Sequence record: OZ346205.1
DNA: 64,000 nt
Direction: 5' to 3' (one strand)
DNA from: a phage
The notes beneath the pieces were generated by a model. The model searched no databases. It had not been told where the DNA came from and was given only the letters and a program-made list of their open reading frames with translations. The position numbers and the translations under genes are program-made. The number at the start of each line of letters is the position of its first letter. The first letter of the stretch is position 1. Shown piece by piece: positions 48,382 through 56,067 of the stretch.

Positions 48382-48579
48382 ATGAACGCATACGGGATCA
48401 AAGTACGTCGCAACACTCGCCAGGTGGTCACCAATCAAGTGATTTGCCGGGTGGATGTAACCATCAACAACGGGCAAGGCCTTTATAAATTTCGTCGCGG
48501 TCATAGCTATACCCTGCAACAGCTTAATCGTTGCGCCCTGACAAAAGGTCAGATCAACCATTGGTTTAATAAAAAATAA
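48382..48579 (+). CDS. small hypothetical protein (65 aa)
   Basis: ATG after AAAGAGGA; track ORF start trimmed (upstream part overlaps the promoter). Confidence 0.5.
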   Translation: MNAYGIKVRRNTRQVVTNQVICRVDVTINNGQGLYKFRRGHSYTLQQLNRCALTKGQINHWFNKK

Positions 48580-48582
48580 GTA

Positions 48583-48611
48583 TTGACATACAGTCCGACA
48601 CCAAATACACT
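48583..48611 (+). promoter_or_regulatory. sigma70-like promoter (cassette)
   Basis: TTGACA, 17-nt spacer, TACACT. Confidence 0.45.
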
Positions 48612-48643
48612 AAAAGCACAAAAGACACTAAGAGGATAAAATC

Positions 48644-49042
48644 ATGAAAACCACTACCTTTAATTTTGATAATGCAGACTTTTCTTTTTCTGATGTCAAG
48701 AACTGCCGCCGTGATCGTGGATTTTACAAGGCTTATAATCTGGTGGGCCTGGACGATGACAATAATTTGCACGAAGTAGCTGAGATCCGGTATTATGCCG
48801 CCGCCAGCGGTAACACTAACTACTGCGTTTTTTGGATACACGACAACAAGAACAATAAGTACGGTTATACTGGTGGCAAGGCGAGCGGTCACGGTTACGA
48901 TAAAGCTAATGCAGCACTTGAGAGCGCATTAAATGCTATGGGGATCACTGCCAACGGCTGGATCTATGAAGAAGAGTTTTTGTCGGCACTTGCTGACCAC
49001 CTGGGCTATAAAAAGCACATTGTAACATGCGCCCACGAATAA
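48644..49042 (+). CDS. hypothetical protein (132 aa)
   Basis: RBS AAGAGGA then ATG. Confidence 0.55.
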   Translation: MKTTTFNFDNADFSFSDVKNCRRDRGFYKAYNLVGLDDDNNLHEVAEIRYYAAASGNTNYCVFWIHDNKNNKYGYTGGKASGHGYDKANAALESALNAMGITANGWIYEEEFLSALADHLGYKKHIVTCAHE

Positions 49043-49048
49043 AAATTG

Positions 49049-49105
49049 TTGACACGCTGCAAAATTCAAGTAAACTAGTCACAAAAGGCGGGAATGTTTC
49101 CCGCC
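49049..49105 (+). promoter_or_regulatory. sigma70-like promoter plus 5' leader hairpin (cassette)
   Basis: TTGACA, spacer, weak -10 (TAAACT); hairpin GGCGGGAA-tgt-TTCCCGCC then CAACACAAAGGAAAAAGATC ATG. Confidence 0.4.
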
Positions 49106-49124
49106 AACACAAAGGAAAAAGATC

Positions 49125-49529
49125 ATGAATAAGAACGTACGCCGCATCATGAACGAACTGGCAAACGATGAAAAAATTATTGACATGCATTTGATCAACA
49201 TTTGCCGCCGTTGTGTAACATACAACAACCGCGCCGCAAAAGCGCGTGAGATGAACGCAAAAGGCACCTTAAAGCCATTCCAGGTGGTGGTAAAGGCCAT
49301 TAAAGATGTAACTAATACGGCAAACCAGGTACAGGGGAACACCAACGAGAGTACCAATATTGATCCGGCTTACATCATGAAACGGATCCGGACCTGCAAG
49401 AACAAAGAGCAAGTGTATAATGTCATAGACTGGTTGGATTCTATGGGCGATGTGGTGTACAATAGATTCTCGGCAGCTATTGAGATCCAGCTTGACAGGT
49501 TAGACGGTAAAGTACTTAAAACTTACTAA
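49125..49529 (+). CDS. hypothetical protein (134 aa)
   Basis: Track ORF behind cassette leader. Confidence 0.55.
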   Translation: MNKNVRRIMNELANDEKIIDMHLINICRRCVTYNNRAAKAREMNAKGTLKPFQVVVKAIKDVTNTANQVQGNTNESTNIDPAYIMKRIRTCKNKEQVYNVIDWLDSMGDVVYNRFSAAIEIQLDRLDGKVLKTY

Positions 49530-49530
49530 A

Positions 49531-49576
49531 TTTATTTTTAGATGGCCTTGACTCCAGGGCCATCAATAAAGTAAAT
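49531..49576 (+). repeat. conserved about 45-bp palindromic element, copy 1
   Basis: TTTATTTTTA-GATGGCC-ttgactccag-GGCCATC-AATAAAGTAAA, immediately after a stop codon. Confidence 0.6.
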
Positions 49577-49609
49577 TAATCTCAGCTAAGCGAAAAAGGG
49601 GGCTTTAAG

Positions 49610-49729
49610 ATGAGCACTACACGCCAATACACAAAGGTAACTATTATCGCCTGCGTTGTCGGTTACATCCTGGCGCAAATGTTAATGAGTAGCGCTAACA
49701 GTTTTGCAAAATTTTTCTTAAATTTTTAA
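49610..49729 (+). CDS. small hydrophobic peptide (39 aa)
   Basis: ORF below the track cut-off; RBS AAAGGGGG; one predicted TM segment. Confidence 0.35.
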   Translation: MSTTRQYTKVTIIACVVGYILAQMLMSSANSFAKFFLNF

Positions 49730-49783
49730 TTGACAAGCTAACTTAGATTGATATACTTAAACACGTAAACGGGAAAACTTCCC
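49730..49783 (+). promoter_or_regulatory. sigma70-like promoter plus 5' leader hairpin (cassette)
   Basis: TTGACA, 16-17-nt spacer, TATACT; hairpin GGGAAAACTTCCC then ACACAAAAGGAGAAAACACC ATG. Confidence 0.5.
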
Positions 49784-49808
49784 AGAACACACAAAAGGAG
49801 AAAACACC

Positions 49809-50150
49809 ATGACTACTATGGCCGCCGCAGAAAAAGCTATTCAGATCGCCGCACTGAAAAAACAGATCGCAGACCTTGAGAACAAGATCGATAACTTTGA
49901 AATCGACGAGGACAAGTACGACGAAAACTATGATGAATGGTTAGACGAGATCTACGGCGAAATTATGATCGGAAACATTTCTTTTCTTCCGTCGCGTATC
50001 CTCAAGGAGCTAGATCCTATCGCTTACCGCTGCGGATTTAGCGACTACATCGACAGCCTGGATATTGAGGACGATGAAGAATACCAGGAATTACAGACAG
50101 AGTTAGAAGAAGCAAAAGAAGAGCTTGCAGAACTGGAAGAAAACGAGTAA
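49809..50150 (+). CDS. acidic coiled-coil-like protein (113 aa)
   Basis: Track ORF; Glu/Asp-rich with heptad-like pattern. Confidence 0.55.
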   Translation: MTTMAAAEKAIQIAALKKQIADLENKIDNFEIDEDKYDENYDEWLDEIYGEIMIGNISFLPSRILKELDPIAYRCGFSDYIDSLDIEDDEEYQELQTELEEAKEELAELEENE

Positions 50151-50163
50151 GATTATTTTTAGA

Positions 50164-50207
50164 TGGCCTTGACTCCAGGGCCATCAATAAAGTAAACTTT
50201 ATACTGT
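50164..50207 (+). repeat. conserved about 45-bp palindromic element, copy 2
   Basis: Near-identical to 49531-49576. Confidence 0.6.
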
Positions 50208-50239
50208 TAACACTGAACTAATGCATAGGAGTTAAAACC

Positions 50240-50485
50240 ATGGCAGCACTAATCACCAAATATTATGCCCCTACCAACACCAAAAGCGCCCGTATCATGG
50301 TAAAAGGCTTCGGACGTAAAAAGGTGTACACCTGGGATTATGCCTTAGACACGGAAGACAACTACACCAACGCGATGACCGATTTTATTAATGATCTGAA
50401 CACGCGGATCTTGACAAATTATAAAATTACCGATATTGCCTATATAGGGGAAGGCGGGATCTGTTTTGTCGGTATCGTCAAATAA
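50240..50485 (+). CDS. hypothetical protein (81 aa)
   Basis: RBS AGGAG then ATG. Confidence 0.5.
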   Translation: MAALITKYYAPTNTKSARIMVKGFGRKKVYTWDYALDTEDNYTNAMTDFINDLNTRILTNYKITDIAYIGEGGICFVGIVK

Positions 50486-50487
50486 GC

Positions 50488-50530
50488 TGTTTTTTCGGTG
50501 GTCCTGGTAGCAGGGCCATCTATAAAGATA
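50488..50530 (+). repeat. degenerate copy of the about 45-bp element
   Basis: TTTTTCGGTGGTCCTGGTAGCAGGGCCATCTATAAAGATAG; retains GGGCCATC.ATAAAG core. Confidence 0.4.
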
Positions 50531-50560
50531 GTTTATCAATACAATGAAAGGAGAAAGTAC

Positions 50561-50914
50561 ATGATCAGCGGGGCAAGTTTTATTATTGGCGCTATTGCTA
50601 CGGCTTTAATTGTAAACAAGATCCAATCTAAAAACGAAAAAGATAGCAACGCCCTTACAGAATACCCGTTTTGGGTATTCAACGACAATGAAGACTATAT
50701 TATCAAGTACAAGAATGAGAAGGGCGACCAGGTAACACCGCGACCGATCCCGGCTTACAAGATGCAAGAAACACTATACCGCCTAAAGGCTGGAGGCGCA
50801 AAAATCGTAGACTTTTGGGGATACGATCACACAGATCAGGAAGTTATAAAGCGCCGTATCCGGGCTATTCAGGCCAATATTGAAGTTAGCAAGGGGGGAA
50901 TATATGAAGATTAA
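50561..50914 (+). CDS. membrane-anchored hypothetical protein (117 aa)
   Basis: ATG after AAAGGAGAAAG; N-terminal TM helix. Confidence 0.5.
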   Translation: MISGASFIIGAIATALIVNKIQSKNEKDSNALTEYPFWVFNDNEDYIIKYKNEKGDQVTPRPIPAYKMQETLYRLKAGGAKIVDFWGYDHTDQEVIKRRIRAIQANIEVSKGGIYED

Positions 50915-51101
50915 TTTTGAGAAGATTGTAAAGCGATCTCATGCTTCCGAAGAGCTGCCGGAACGCCGCCAGCGCAACAATAAACTGAATAAGCCAAAAA
51001 GATTTGGGAAGATCTGGCGGAATCATTATGATCGCAAATTACCGGGCCTGCTTTTGGAACGTGAACGACAGGCGGAACGATACCGCCACAAAGGCAAATA
51101 A
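50904..51101 (+). CDS. small basic protein (65 aa)
   Basis: ATG after AAGGGGGG; Arg/Lys-rich. Confidence 0.45.
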   Translation: MKINFEKIVKRSHASEELPERRQRNNKLNKPKRFGKIWRNHYDRKLPGLLLERERQAERYRHKGK

Positions 51102-51109
51102 CAACCAAC

Positions 51110-51136
51110 GCCCCGCCATTGTGCGGGGCTTTTTAT
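51110..51136 (+). terminator. intrinsic terminator
   Basis: GCCCCGC-cattgt-GCGGGGC followed by TTTTTATTT. Confidence 0.6.
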
Positions 51137-51282
51137 TTCTATCCTACGAATAGCGCCCCTGGTTGGCCCTGTAAGCGCCAAAAAGGCCCCACCTATGCAA
51201 TCGCCCACCTTTAACCTGAAAACATCGCTTAGGGCCGTTTTATGGCGTTAAAAATATCATTGACAGTGATTTTATTTAAAGC

Positions 51283-51311
51283 TTGACATCTTAAACAGGT
51301 TAGCTATACTA
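51283..51311 (+). promoter_or_regulatory. sigma70-like promoter (cassette)
   Basis: TTGACA, 16-17-nt spacer, TATACT. Confidence 0.45.
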
Positions 51312-51344
51312 ACCACATCAAAGAGAGAGAAAGGAGTAAACGCC

Positions 51345-51605
51345 ATGCGTAAATTAAAAAATTTTGATAAAGTTGATGTTGTCCTGAATAATTTTTACTA
51401 CTGCAACAACAAGGCCATTTGGTGGCGTGATAGTTCCACCGATAAAGTCAAGGCGCGCTTTCTCCAGGGGCACTGGCAAGGCCGCCCAGTGATTAAAATC
51501 ATGGGGCAATTGGTAGCGTTTAAAAATTGCCGCCGTGTTGATGACGTTGAAGAGATCTTGAATATTTTACGCCACAATAATTTAAAAAATAGTGTTGACA
51601 AGTAA
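51345..51605 (+). CDS. hypothetical protein (86 aa)
   Basis: RBS AAAGGAG then ATG. Confidence 0.5.
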   Translation: MRKLKNFDKVDVVLNNFYYCNNKAIWWRDSSTDKVKARFLQGHWQGRPVIKIMGQLVAFKNCRRVDDVEEILNILRHNNLKNSVDK

Positions 51606-51652
51606 ATCTCAATAAGTATACTTAAGCACACAGGCGGGAAGTTTTCCCGCCA
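51595..51652 (+). promoter_or_regulatory. sigma70-like promoter plus 5' leader hairpin (cassette)
   Basis: TTGACA, 16-17-nt spacer, TATACT; hairpin GGCGGGAA-gtt-TTCCCGCC then leader. Confidence 0.5.
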
Positions 51653-51679
51653 CTAACAAAGAAAATAGGAGAAAATATC

Positions 51680-52303
51680 ATGACCACCGTTAACATTACC
51701 ACAGGTTGCAATTTATCTTTCGACGTGCTGACCGACGAACAAAAAGAAAAAGCTGTTGAAATGGTCCGCGAAAGAGAAGAACACAGCGGGGATAACTTTT
51801 TTGCAGAAAGTGTAATTGAATACTATAAAGAATATGTTTTTCCAGAGTACGGGCTTGAAGATACCAAGGTACAGTGGTCCGGCTTTTGGTGTCAAGGCGA
51901 CGGCGCATCAATTAGCGCTGAAAATGTAAACTTAGAAAAATTCTTGCGTAAGGTTAAAGCGCTTACAAAATTTCGCTCAATTAGACACTTGTTCGGCACA
52001 ATGCACGATGGCGAACTATCAGCCAGCGTTGAACGTATCCCGTTTAGCCATTATCATCACGAAAACACAATAGGCGGGTGCATCGATACCAACTGGCTAG
52101 ACCTGACCACCAAGCAAGAGGATAAAATTGAAGAGCTGGAAGAGCTGATCACCGAGACGGTACGGGAGCTATCCCGCAAGGTTTACGTAGACCTGGAGCA
52201 GGCCTATCTTGAACAATTCACTACCGAAAACCTGATCGGCCTTATCGAGGCCAATGATTGGCGGTTTGATGTGGATGAGTATGGCGAGATGACTTTTTCA
52301 TAA
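51680..52303 (+). CDS. hypothetical protein (207 aa)
   Basis: Track ORF behind cassette leader; no motif recognised. Confidence 0.55.
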   Translation: MTTVNITTGCNLSFDVLTDEQKEKAVEMVREREEHSGDNFFAESVIEYYKEYVFPEYGLEDTKVQWSGFWCQGDGASISAENVNLEKFLRKVKALTKFRSIRHLFGTMHDGELSASVERIPFSHYHHENTIGGCIDTNWLDLTTKQEDKIEELEELITETVRELSRKVYVDLEQAYLEQFTTENLIGLIEANDWRFDVDEYGEMTFS

Positions 52304-52311
52304 ATAAAGTG

Positions 52312-52367
52312 TTGCAATAACCTAAAAACCTGCTATATTAAAACTCAAGGGGCAAGACGTTTGCCCC
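52312..52367 (+). promoter_or_regulatory. sigma70-like promoter plus 5' leader hairpin (cassette)
   Basis: TTGCAA, spacer, TATATT; hairpin GGGGCAAGACGTTTGCCCC then CACACAAAACAAAGAGGAAAACATC ATG. Confidence 0.45.
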
Positions 52368-52392
52368 CACACAAAACAAAGAGGAAAACATC

Positions 52393-52773
52393 ATGAAAAA
52401 CACTACTAAAGCTATTGACACCGTTATGTTTAACCTGGTTACCTTTCGCGAGGATATGAAAGATCTTCCACGTGAAACAGTGTGCGATCACATTGAAAAC
52501 TATCGCAAACTAATCAAAGAGTTGCCTTTAAAACGTGACCAGTATGCGGCTAACGCCATGCTTAATGCCATGATCAAAAAGATGATTCAGTGTGATTTAA
52601 CTCTGGCCTATGACTATGCGGGTGGTCGTTTTGCAGTATACAATCAGCCCGTGCCCGGTATGGGCACCACCGAAGAATTGCACGCGCTCAATCTAAAACA
52701 AGACGTATGGGATAACATGCCCCGCGTGGTGGTGTGGGCAGAAAGCGGAAAGATTTACGGCGATAATTTTTAA
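52393..52773 (+). CDS. hypothetical protein (126 aa)
   Basis: Track ORF behind cassette leader. Confidence 0.55.
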   Translation: MKNTTKAIDTVMFNLVTFREDMKDLPRETVCDHIENYRKLIKELPLKRDQYAANAMLNAMIKKMIQCDLTLAYDYAGGRFAVYNQPVPGMGTTEELHALNLKQDVWDNMPRVVVWAESGKIYGDNF

Positions 52774-52783
52774 TCAGGTAACA

Positions 52784-52809
52784 GGCGGCATATTTGCCGC
52801 CTTATTGTT
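52784..52809 (+). terminator. intrinsic terminator
   Basis: GGCGGCA-tatt-TGCCGCC followed by TTATTGTT. Confidence 0.5.
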
Positions 52810-52837
52810 AAACAGAGTTGCAAAAGAGGTACATAGA

Positions 52838-53209
52838 ATGGAATTTATTATTTTGGCTGTAGTAGTTGCCTTGTTCAACGCCTGGATCGCTGGCAAGATG
52901 GGTAGATCCGCCTTTTTATGGTTTATTATATCTATTTTCCTGGGGGTGGTTGCAACTATTGTACTTGTTATCCTTGCAATTGTTGACAAGGGGAATAATA
53001 GAAAGGGTAAAGTATTTTCAGACCTGTACGACGCTCAAACGTTTGTCAACGCCTATTATAGTGATCTTCCAGTCTCCCTACGCTGCAGCCTGGCACAACA
53101 AGTTTTCGATGAGGCTAAAACCAGAGATCAAGCCCATGAGATATGTTTAACTGAGGCGGATCGCCTATTTGAGAGGAATAGAAAATATGTGGGCCAACCG
53201 TTTAAATAA
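52838..53209 (+). CDS. two-TM membrane protein (123 aa)
   Basis: ATG after AAAGAGG; two hydrophobic helices. Confidence 0.5.
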   Translation: MEFIILAVVVALFNAWIAGKMGRSAFLWFIISIFLGVVATIVLVILAIVDKGNNRKGKVFSDLYDAQTFVNAYYSDLPVSLRCSLAQQVFDEAKTRDQAHEICLTEADRLFERNRKYVGQPFK

Positions 53210-53432
53210 TGCCACGTTAATTAATCCCTTTAGTGAAGATTTGAAGCCAGCCGCCTGGCGTGATGGATTCAATAACGAACGCTTTATTTTCAAGCCTGAT
53301 CTTGAGGAATTTTATAACAATGGATCGAACAACAGCGGAGATAATTTTTCTTGGGATGTGCGTGGTGATGGTACTCCTGGGGGCCATTGTAAACCACGTC
53401 ACTACTACCAGGAGGAAAGAGGGAGACGATGA
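53187..53432 (+). CDS. hypothetical protein (81 aa)
   Basis: ATG after GAGAGGAA; overlaps upstream gene end in another frame. Confidence 0.4.
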   Translation: MWANRLNNATLINPFSEDLKPAAWRDGFNNERFIFKPDLEEFYNNGSNNSGDNFSWDVRGDGTPGGHCKPRHYYQEERGRR

Positions 53433-53548
53433 CAACCAAGGATAAGCCCCGTACCGATAAGGCGCGCCGGGTTATGGTATGGCTTGAGATCATCGCCCTT
53501 GAAATATTGCTAGGCGTAGGGATGTACTTTATCGCTGTAAGTAACTAA
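53429..53548 (+). CDS. small membrane peptide (39 aa)
   Basis: ORF below the track cut-off; RBS AGGAGGAAAGAGGGAG; hydrophobic C-terminal half. Confidence 0.3.
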   Translation: MTTKDKPRTDKARRVMVWLEIIALEILLGVGMYFIAVSN

Positions 53549-53551
53549 GAG

Positions 53552-53582
53552 CGGCCCCCGATCATGGGGGCCTATCTTTTAA
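53552..53582 (+). terminator. intrinsic terminator
   Basis: GGCCCCCGATCATGGGGGCC hairpin followed by TATCTTTT. Confidence 0.55.
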
Positions 53583-53602
53583 AAAATTTTTCTTCCGGGG
53601 TG

Positions 53603-53655
53603 TTGCAATCCGGTCCGGAATGTGGATAATAACAATCAACGGGGAGCTAATCCCC
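53603..53655 (+). promoter_or_regulatory. sigma70-like promoter plus 5' leader hairpin (cassette)
   Basis: TTGCAA, spacer, TAATAA; hairpin GGGGAGCTAATCCCC then leader. Confidence 0.45.
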
Positions 53656-53686
53656 ACCACCACAAAAACCAGAAAGGAGAAACAAA

Positions 53687-53887
53687 ATGAGCAACAATAT
53701 CCGCGTTATTAACTTCAAAAAAGAAGAAAAAATTGCCGTGCTGATTGACGGTCAAGAAATCTTCAAGGGCGACTATGAAGATCATCAAACGGCGATTAGT
53801 ATCACTCGCGTGATTGGTTATCATAATTTCTACCCCCAAGGCGCTGAGGCAGCAGTTAAACGAATCAAAGAGATTGTAGGCCTGTAA
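53687..53887 (+). CDS. hypothetical protein (66 aa)
   Basis: Track ORF behind cassette leader. Confidence 0.5.
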   Translation: MSNNIRVINFKKEEKIAVLIDGQEIFKGDYEDHQTAISITRVIGYHNFYPQGAEAAVKRIKEIVGL

Positions 53888-53888
53888 A

Positions 53889-53935
53889 ATTTATTTTTAG
53901 ATGGCCTTGACTTCAGGGCCATCGATAAAGTAAAT
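53889..53935 (+). repeat. conserved about 45-bp palindromic element, copy 3
   Basis: TTATTTTTAGATGGCCTTGACTTCAGGGCCATCGATAAAGTAAA. Confidence 0.6.
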
Positions 53936-53980
53936 TTAAACCCTGTTAAAATACCACGCAGTTAACAAGGAGTGATAGAC

Positions 53981-54280
53981 ATGTTTATCCAGGCTAATAA
54001 TCTTTATTTCTTTGATGGTCAGATCGTAGATGGTGTGGAAGTGGAGATCACCGGGTGCCCTGGCGGTCAGGCTATGACTTTTCGGAATAATGCCTTTGAT
54101 GATTCTCATATCGTTATGAGAATGGAAGTTACGAAGCTGGACGACAAGAAAACACTTATTGACTATTCTGTGAAAGATCATCCAGACTACCGCATGATCC
54201 ATGGTGATTTGTGCATTGTTGACCGTGACAAGGTGGGCGGCATTGTGATCGCTATTGTGAACGATGTTTTCTCAAACTAA
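53981..54280 (+). CDS. hypothetical protein (99 aa)
   Basis: ATG after AAGGAG. Confidence 0.5.
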   Translation: MFIQANNLYFFDGQIVDGVEVEITGCPGGQAMTFRNNAFDDSHIVMRMEVTKLDDKKTLIDYSVKDHPDYRMIHGDLCIVDRDKVGGIVIAIVNDVFSN

Positions 54281-54297
54281 TTTCAGCAGGCGATTTT

Positions 54298-54648
54298 ATG
54301 AAAGTCAAACTATATTACCTTAATGAGCTTAACCCCCTTGCCCAGGTCCGCGCCCTAGCTAATACCTTGATTTGTGAGAAATCTGTATATTGTGTTGAGC
54401 TTAACGCCATGCGTGAACGTCTCAAAGGTGGTTACTTTGACATCCATGCTGCAATCAACGGCCTGAATATGGAATTTATACGCTTACGTAACAGCCGCCG
54501 GAATCTGGCAAGAATGGAACAAGATCCGGCCCACCTTCGTAAGCTGGTTATTGAAAATCATCTGATGTTTAATGCCGAGGGTGATTATTACCATTTTCAC
54601 CGCAAACGCTGGTACCGTGGCGGCAATACAGGCAAGAATGCAAAATAA
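54298..54648 (+). CDS. hypothetical protein (116 aa)
   Basis: Track ORF. Confidence 0.5.
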   Translation: MKVKLYYLNELNPLAQVRALANTLICEKSVYCVELNAMRERLKGGYFDIHAAINGLNMEFIRLRNSRRNLARMEQDPAHLRKLVIENHLMFNAEGDYYHFHRKRWYRGGNTGKNAK

Positions 54649-54683
54649 GGCCCCTAGCAGGGCCTGCAGCAATATAATCACAT

Positions 54684-54717
54684 AAAGGCCATGCGGTTGC
54701 ATGGCCTTTATTATTTT
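54684..54717 (+). terminator. intrinsic terminator
   Basis: AAAGGCCATGC-ggt-TGCATGGCCTTT hairpin followed by ATTATTTT. Confidence 0.55.
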
Positions 54718-54765
54718 GGCGTTACAACGGCATACGGGGCGCTTAAAAAATTTTTAAAGAAGTAC

Positions 54766-54818
54766 TTGCATCATTCCCGACAATATGGATAATAAGAGTT
54801 GTCGAGGGGGAGGCCCCC
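54766..54818 (+). promoter_or_regulatory. sigma70-like promoter plus 5' leader hairpin (cassette)
   Basis: TTGCAT, 17-nt spacer, ATAATA; hairpin GGGGGAGGCCCCC. Confidence 0.45.
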
Positions 54819-54850
54819 AATCGTTGACCAGATAGATAGGAGTTAAAATC

Positions 54851-55135
54851 ATGGCTATTGTTACCGCTGGCGATGTAGTAGAAATGGAAGCAAAATACTT
54901 AAAAGCGGGTATGCACATCCTACGGAATGATCAAGAGCTATTATTAACGATGGTTGACTATAATCACGGCCAGGATTATCCAAGCATCGACTACTTTTTT
55001 GAGTATGTTGATGAAGAGTTGAAAGAGGATGAGGCCTATTGCGGTGAGTTCTGCAACTTCTTTTGTCCTGATGAGGTTGTAAAGGTTATTTATCAACCTG
55101 GCGTAGCTTTCCCGCTGCACGCTATCAATAAATAA
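54851..55135 (+). CDS. hypothetical protein (94 aa)
   Basis: RBS AGGAG then ATG. Confidence 0.5.
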   Translation: MAIVTAGDVVEMEAKYLKAGMHILRNDQELLLTMVDYNHGQDYPSIDYFFEYVDEELKEDEAYCGEFCNFFCPDEVVKVIYQPGVAFPLHAINK

Positions 55136-55190
55136 ACCTGGCGGGGCCGAAAAGGCCCCCAATTATGAAAATAAAGAGAGGCAAATCATC

Positions 55191-55424
55191 ATGATGGAAC
55201 AAATTAAACGCGCCGAGGCTATTAATGGCAACGTGATCTATTTTGTCAGCAAAAACGAAAAAGGCGTACCATATGCGGCAGTAATAGTACAACCTGACGG
55301 CGATTATTGGTTTACTGTGTACGGCGCTTATTCTTTTGGGCGTCCAGTGCATGATAAAATTTTGAAAGTAGCGAACCCTACCGGGAAGAATATCACAGCA
55401 GAAAAATTTTTTGAAAATAGTTGA
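55191..55424 (+). CDS. hypothetical protein (77 aa)
   Basis: Preceded by hairpin GGGGCCGAAAAGGCCCC and RBS AGAGAGG. Confidence 0.5.
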   Translation: MMEQIKRAEAINGNVIYFVSKNEKGVPYAAVIVQPDGDYWFTVYGAYSFGRPVHDKILKVANPTGKNITAEKFFENS

Positions 55425-55474
55425 CATGACCATATAAGACTGTAATATATAAATCAAAGGGGGCAACGAACCCC
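55421..55474 (+). promoter_or_regulatory. sigma70-like promoter plus leader hairpin (cassette)
   Basis: TTGACA, spacer, TAATAT; short GGGG-caacgaa-CCCC stem. Confidence 0.45.
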
Positions 55475-55499
55475 ACCAACTACAAAGAGGATAAAAATC

Positions 55500-55679
55500 A
55501 TGGCTATTATTGCAAAGACTGAGATCATAGGCTTAGATTCTATTCTCCTCGCATATGAGGAAGCTATAGAAATGTATGTGGTTTCCTATGGTGAGTATAT
55601 CCGTGAATATAAATCTATTGATCTGGCTTTTGAATGTTATATCCGCCAGGTTAATAAAGCGTACGATGATTATCGTTAA
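55500..55679 (+). CDS. small hypothetical protein (59 aa)
   Basis: ORF just below the track cut-off; cassette leader CAAAGAGGATAAAAATC ATG. Confidence 0.4.
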   Translation: MAIIAKTEIIGLDSILLAYEEAIEMYVVSYGEYIREYKSIDLAFECYIRQVNKAYDDYR

Positions 55680-55685
55680 AATAGT

Positions 55686-55739
55686 TTGACAACAGCCATC
55701 TTACAAAGCATAATACATAAGGCGGTGGAATGGTCCGCC
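55686..55739 (+). promoter_or_regulatory. sigma70-like promoter plus 5' leader hairpin (cassette)
   Basis: TTGACA, spacer, CATAAT; hairpin GGCGGTGGAATGGTCCGCC. Confidence 0.45.
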
Positions 55740-55766
55740 ACCTGGAACAAAGAAGAGGTAAACACC

Positions 55767-56012
55767 ATGAAAAGCAATAAAGGTTATAACGGTTACAAAA
55801 ACAAAACTCATTGGAATGTAAGCCTTTGGATTAATAACGATGAGTCATTGTACCGGTTGGCCCAAGGCTTTATTAACGCCAATGCTAATCGTAATGATGC
55901 GGCGCGGGATATGATGCTTTTTCTGGAGCTAACCGGACAAGATAAGACCCTGGACGGCTTCAAGTACAGCACTACGGCGATCCGTGCCGCGATGGTTGGA
56001 ATGAAACACTAA
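55767..56012 (+). CDS. hypothetical protein (81 aa)
   Basis: ATG after AAGAAGAGG; last clear plus-strand gene before the strand switch. Confidence 0.5.
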   Translation: MKSNKGYNGYKNKTHWNVSLWINNDESLYRLAQGFINANANRNDAARDMMLFLELTGQDKTLDGFKYSTTAIRAAMVGMKH

Positions 56013-56067
56013 AAGCACATAGCTGCCTTACCCTGGGGCTGTGGTAGCGGCCCCATGAATAAGGTTA

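Noticed and set aside
53260-53445. Track ORF 53260-53445 as a separate gene
   Set aside because: It overlaps 53187-53432 in another frame without its own RBS; the 53187 frame and the downstream 39-aa peptide at 53429 have better initiation signals.
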